Origin: Laetmonice hystrix
Lineage: Eukaryota
Direction of reading: 5' to 3'
Assembly (NCBI GenBank): GCA_965235115.1
Contig: OZ249442.1
Coordinates: 21,576,001-21,640,000 of the forward strand
DNA length: 64,000 bases
The notes beneath the pieces were generated by a model. It did no database searches. It saw nothing but the letters and a program-made list of their open reading frames with translations, and had not been told where the DNA came from. Below are positions 61,676 to 64,000 of the stretch, one piece after another. Every line of letters starts with the position of its first letter. Within the stretch, counting starts at the first letter, position 1. The position numbers were made by a program, and so were the translations under genes.

Positions 61676-62791
61676 CGTCTATTGTTGATAGGCGATCTAT
61701 AGCCTTGCGGGTTAGGCCTACATGTCCAAGTCTATAGATAGGCTTGCGGGTAATAGGCCTGCATGTACAAGTCTATAGCCTTGCGGGTTAGGCCCCTAGG
61801 CCTATGCGCACTAGGCATAGGCTAGGCCTAAGTAAATTGTAACAAGTACGCGAGTATTGGAAACCAGTTTCAATATCAGTGCATGGTCAAGAAACAGCTC
61901 TGGATCCACCCCATGCAAATTTATGGAACTCATTTCACTATAAGCAGCCATAGGCCTAACGGGTAAAACTGTAGATCTAGTTCTATTCGTACTTTGACAA
62001 AATTAATGAAAGTTCTGTTTGGAATCAATAAAATGGCTGGACTCTGCATGGAGCAGTGCTCATTTCCATATAGGCCTACTACTTAGGTTTTTTAGCCGAC
62101 GACGACGAGACGAGTGTGCATGTGTTTCCGTGATTTAGGATGGCAGCTTCTCCATGTGTAATTTTTTAAATTATGTGTAAATTTTTAAATTACAATTTTA
62201 TATCGGATAATTCCCATGGACGAGACACTCCCAATTTTTTTTTTTACCTGATGTAGGCTTATTATTAAAGCGGCATCGTTAGTATCTTCGAGAATAAAAC
62301 ACTTAGGCCTATAGCTGTCCCCTATAGTCACCTAATGACTAAATATAATGAAGACACACTGTTACTGCAATACTGCAGTATATGATGAGTTTTGTAATAT
62401 TCCCACTGAAGCTAAAACATGATAATTAGCGGGAGTTTGAATTGGCCTCCGCTCTCCGAAAGGGGCGCTGCAAATGATTTCAGGTATCGCCCCGCCATAT
62501 ATTTGGCCATCATCATACGCTTGGACAGAAGACGTGACAGTGCTCGTGGTGCATGGCATTGAAATAGATTGGTGTATGGCCTTGAAACCCCACACTCCGA
62601 GCGTCACCTAACTGAGCGTGGGAATTTCCGTTGCACGGTTATCCAAAATGGCCAAGCGGTTCGAAGGTAGAGCGTTAGATTGCAACGGAGCCATGCAGCT
62701 GAGCGTTCTCACATTACATTTGGCTGGTCTCACTTCAATTTATTTGAGTTTTACATGTGACACTAAGCTGATTTATATGTCAGGGTCAGCT

Positions 62792-62954
62792 CTTGGCGTA
62801 CCCAGAAACTGGACCCAGGGGGGTGCTGGAAATAACCAACGTCGTAGGCGCTGCACACTGGCAACAAGCGCACCAAAAAACAAACCAAAAATTTTTTTTG
62901 GGCAAATTGAGGGGGTGCTTGAGCACCCCAAGCACCCCCCTGGGTACGCTACTG
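62792..62954. mobile_element. Short MITE
   Basis: GGCGTACCCAG / CTGGGTACGCT inverted termini with G- and C-runs. Confidence 0.6.
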
Positions 62955-64000
62955 AGGGTGTCGATATTACAGGTTTTAAAAACAGTGTGCCTTTAATGCA
63001 GAATATATAAATTCAAGGTGTAAATGGCTCATGAGTCATTGATTGAAAACGCACTTAGGCCAAATAAAAAAAGGTACTCGTTTAGCGTCCCCGCCCGACC
63101 TGTGAAATGCCCCCGACCTGGAATTTTTTTATTTTTTATTTAAAAAAAAAAAAATAGGCCTAAAGTGTAAAAACTGCCAAAACAATGTCTTCTAACTTAA
63201 GAACAGTGTACAATGCGCTTTGTAAACCCATTAACGACCTGTAAAATTTAAAATAAGCCTCATATGTTTTGAACCGTCGTCTGTGTGGAACATGTTGTTA
63301 GGATTGGATTATATATTGTGTATAATCAAGGAAAGTGTATAACCAAGAAAATTGGATTTATATATTGTATATAATCACTGGAATTGGACTTATATGGTAT
63401 ATATAGTTGACCCTGTGACCCTTTATCAGTATAATAGTGCTGATAGCAGCAGGCGCAGCAGTCTGCCTAAAGATAAACAAAAGATAAGCATTAGGTTCGT
63501 GTTCCCTGCACTGGCTGACTCATATCCAACCAGGTCTATCTAGTTCCAACCAGTTCTATCTAGTTCAAACCAGTTCTATCTAGTTCAAACCACTCCCAGT
63601 TATGCAAGAATCAACCTGTGACTAGTATAGTAGTGTATGTAATGACGTCACCTCTTACGTGATTCATCCTCACAGGACCAGAGATGATGGTGGTTGTTGA
63701 TATTTAACTATAAACATGAACGCTGTAACCCCCGTAATAGTTGACAGTTATCAGCCAGTGGTATGTTAGCAAAGTACAACAAAATGTATAAAATGTACAC
63801 AACAATCAGCCAAAATCATATATAAGGAGGACAATTTGACTGAATAAAGCATCATCGTCACATCGTGGCATCTTCACATCAGAATCTCCACCTGCTGTTC
63901 CGTGTTCTTCCTGCCAGCCTGCCAGCCTAGCCAGCCTAAGACCACACCGCTCTCTCCAATGGGACTTGGGGCCCCTTACCCCAAGTGGTGACCGCGTCTG

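Noticed and set aside
63800-64000. 3' end of a minus-strand gene at the right edge
   Set aside because: Short open frames only; cannot be supported without the adjacent window.

Overview
Eukaryotic, AT-rich, intron-containing genomic DNA, probably from a marine invertebrate (an ambulacrarian-type deuterostome is my guess from gene content and repeat style, not proven). I assembled spliced gene models by hand from GT-AG boundaries and phase matching; coordinates are hand-counted and may be off by a few bp. Left to right: (1) the 5' part of an unidentified minus-strand gene starting MPGKKKEKKKK, which continues off the left edge; (2) a DOK4/5/6-type PH+PTB adaptor (minus, 8 coding exons, 403 aa); (3) a 13-exon, 661-aa type I membrane protein with CAP, EGF, ShKT, Thr/Pro, EGF, SEA-like, TM and cytoplasmic modules (plus); (4) SLC7A6OS/IWR1 (minus, 4 exons, 403 aa) with a Trp-motif repeat extension, head-to-head with (5) a CUB-LDLa-TM-Pro/Tyr-tail receptor of MIG-13/LDLRAD type (plus, about 352 aa); (6) MRPL36 (minus). 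Introns and intergenic DNA hold an ~835-bp tandem array with nested insertions, a Helentron-like element with internal 145-bp repeats, a V-SINE-like insertion with a 16-bp TSD, many short MITEs and 40-, 50- and 51-bp minisatellites. There is no CRISPR array, rRNA or convincing tRNA gene. The most notable observations are the membrane-tethered CAP/ShKT receptor architecture, the SSxW repeat tail on SLC7A6OS, a candidate cassette exon that could switch the CUB-LDLa receptor to a GPI-type anchor, and a strongly domain-restricted excess of the palindrome TAGGCCTA.
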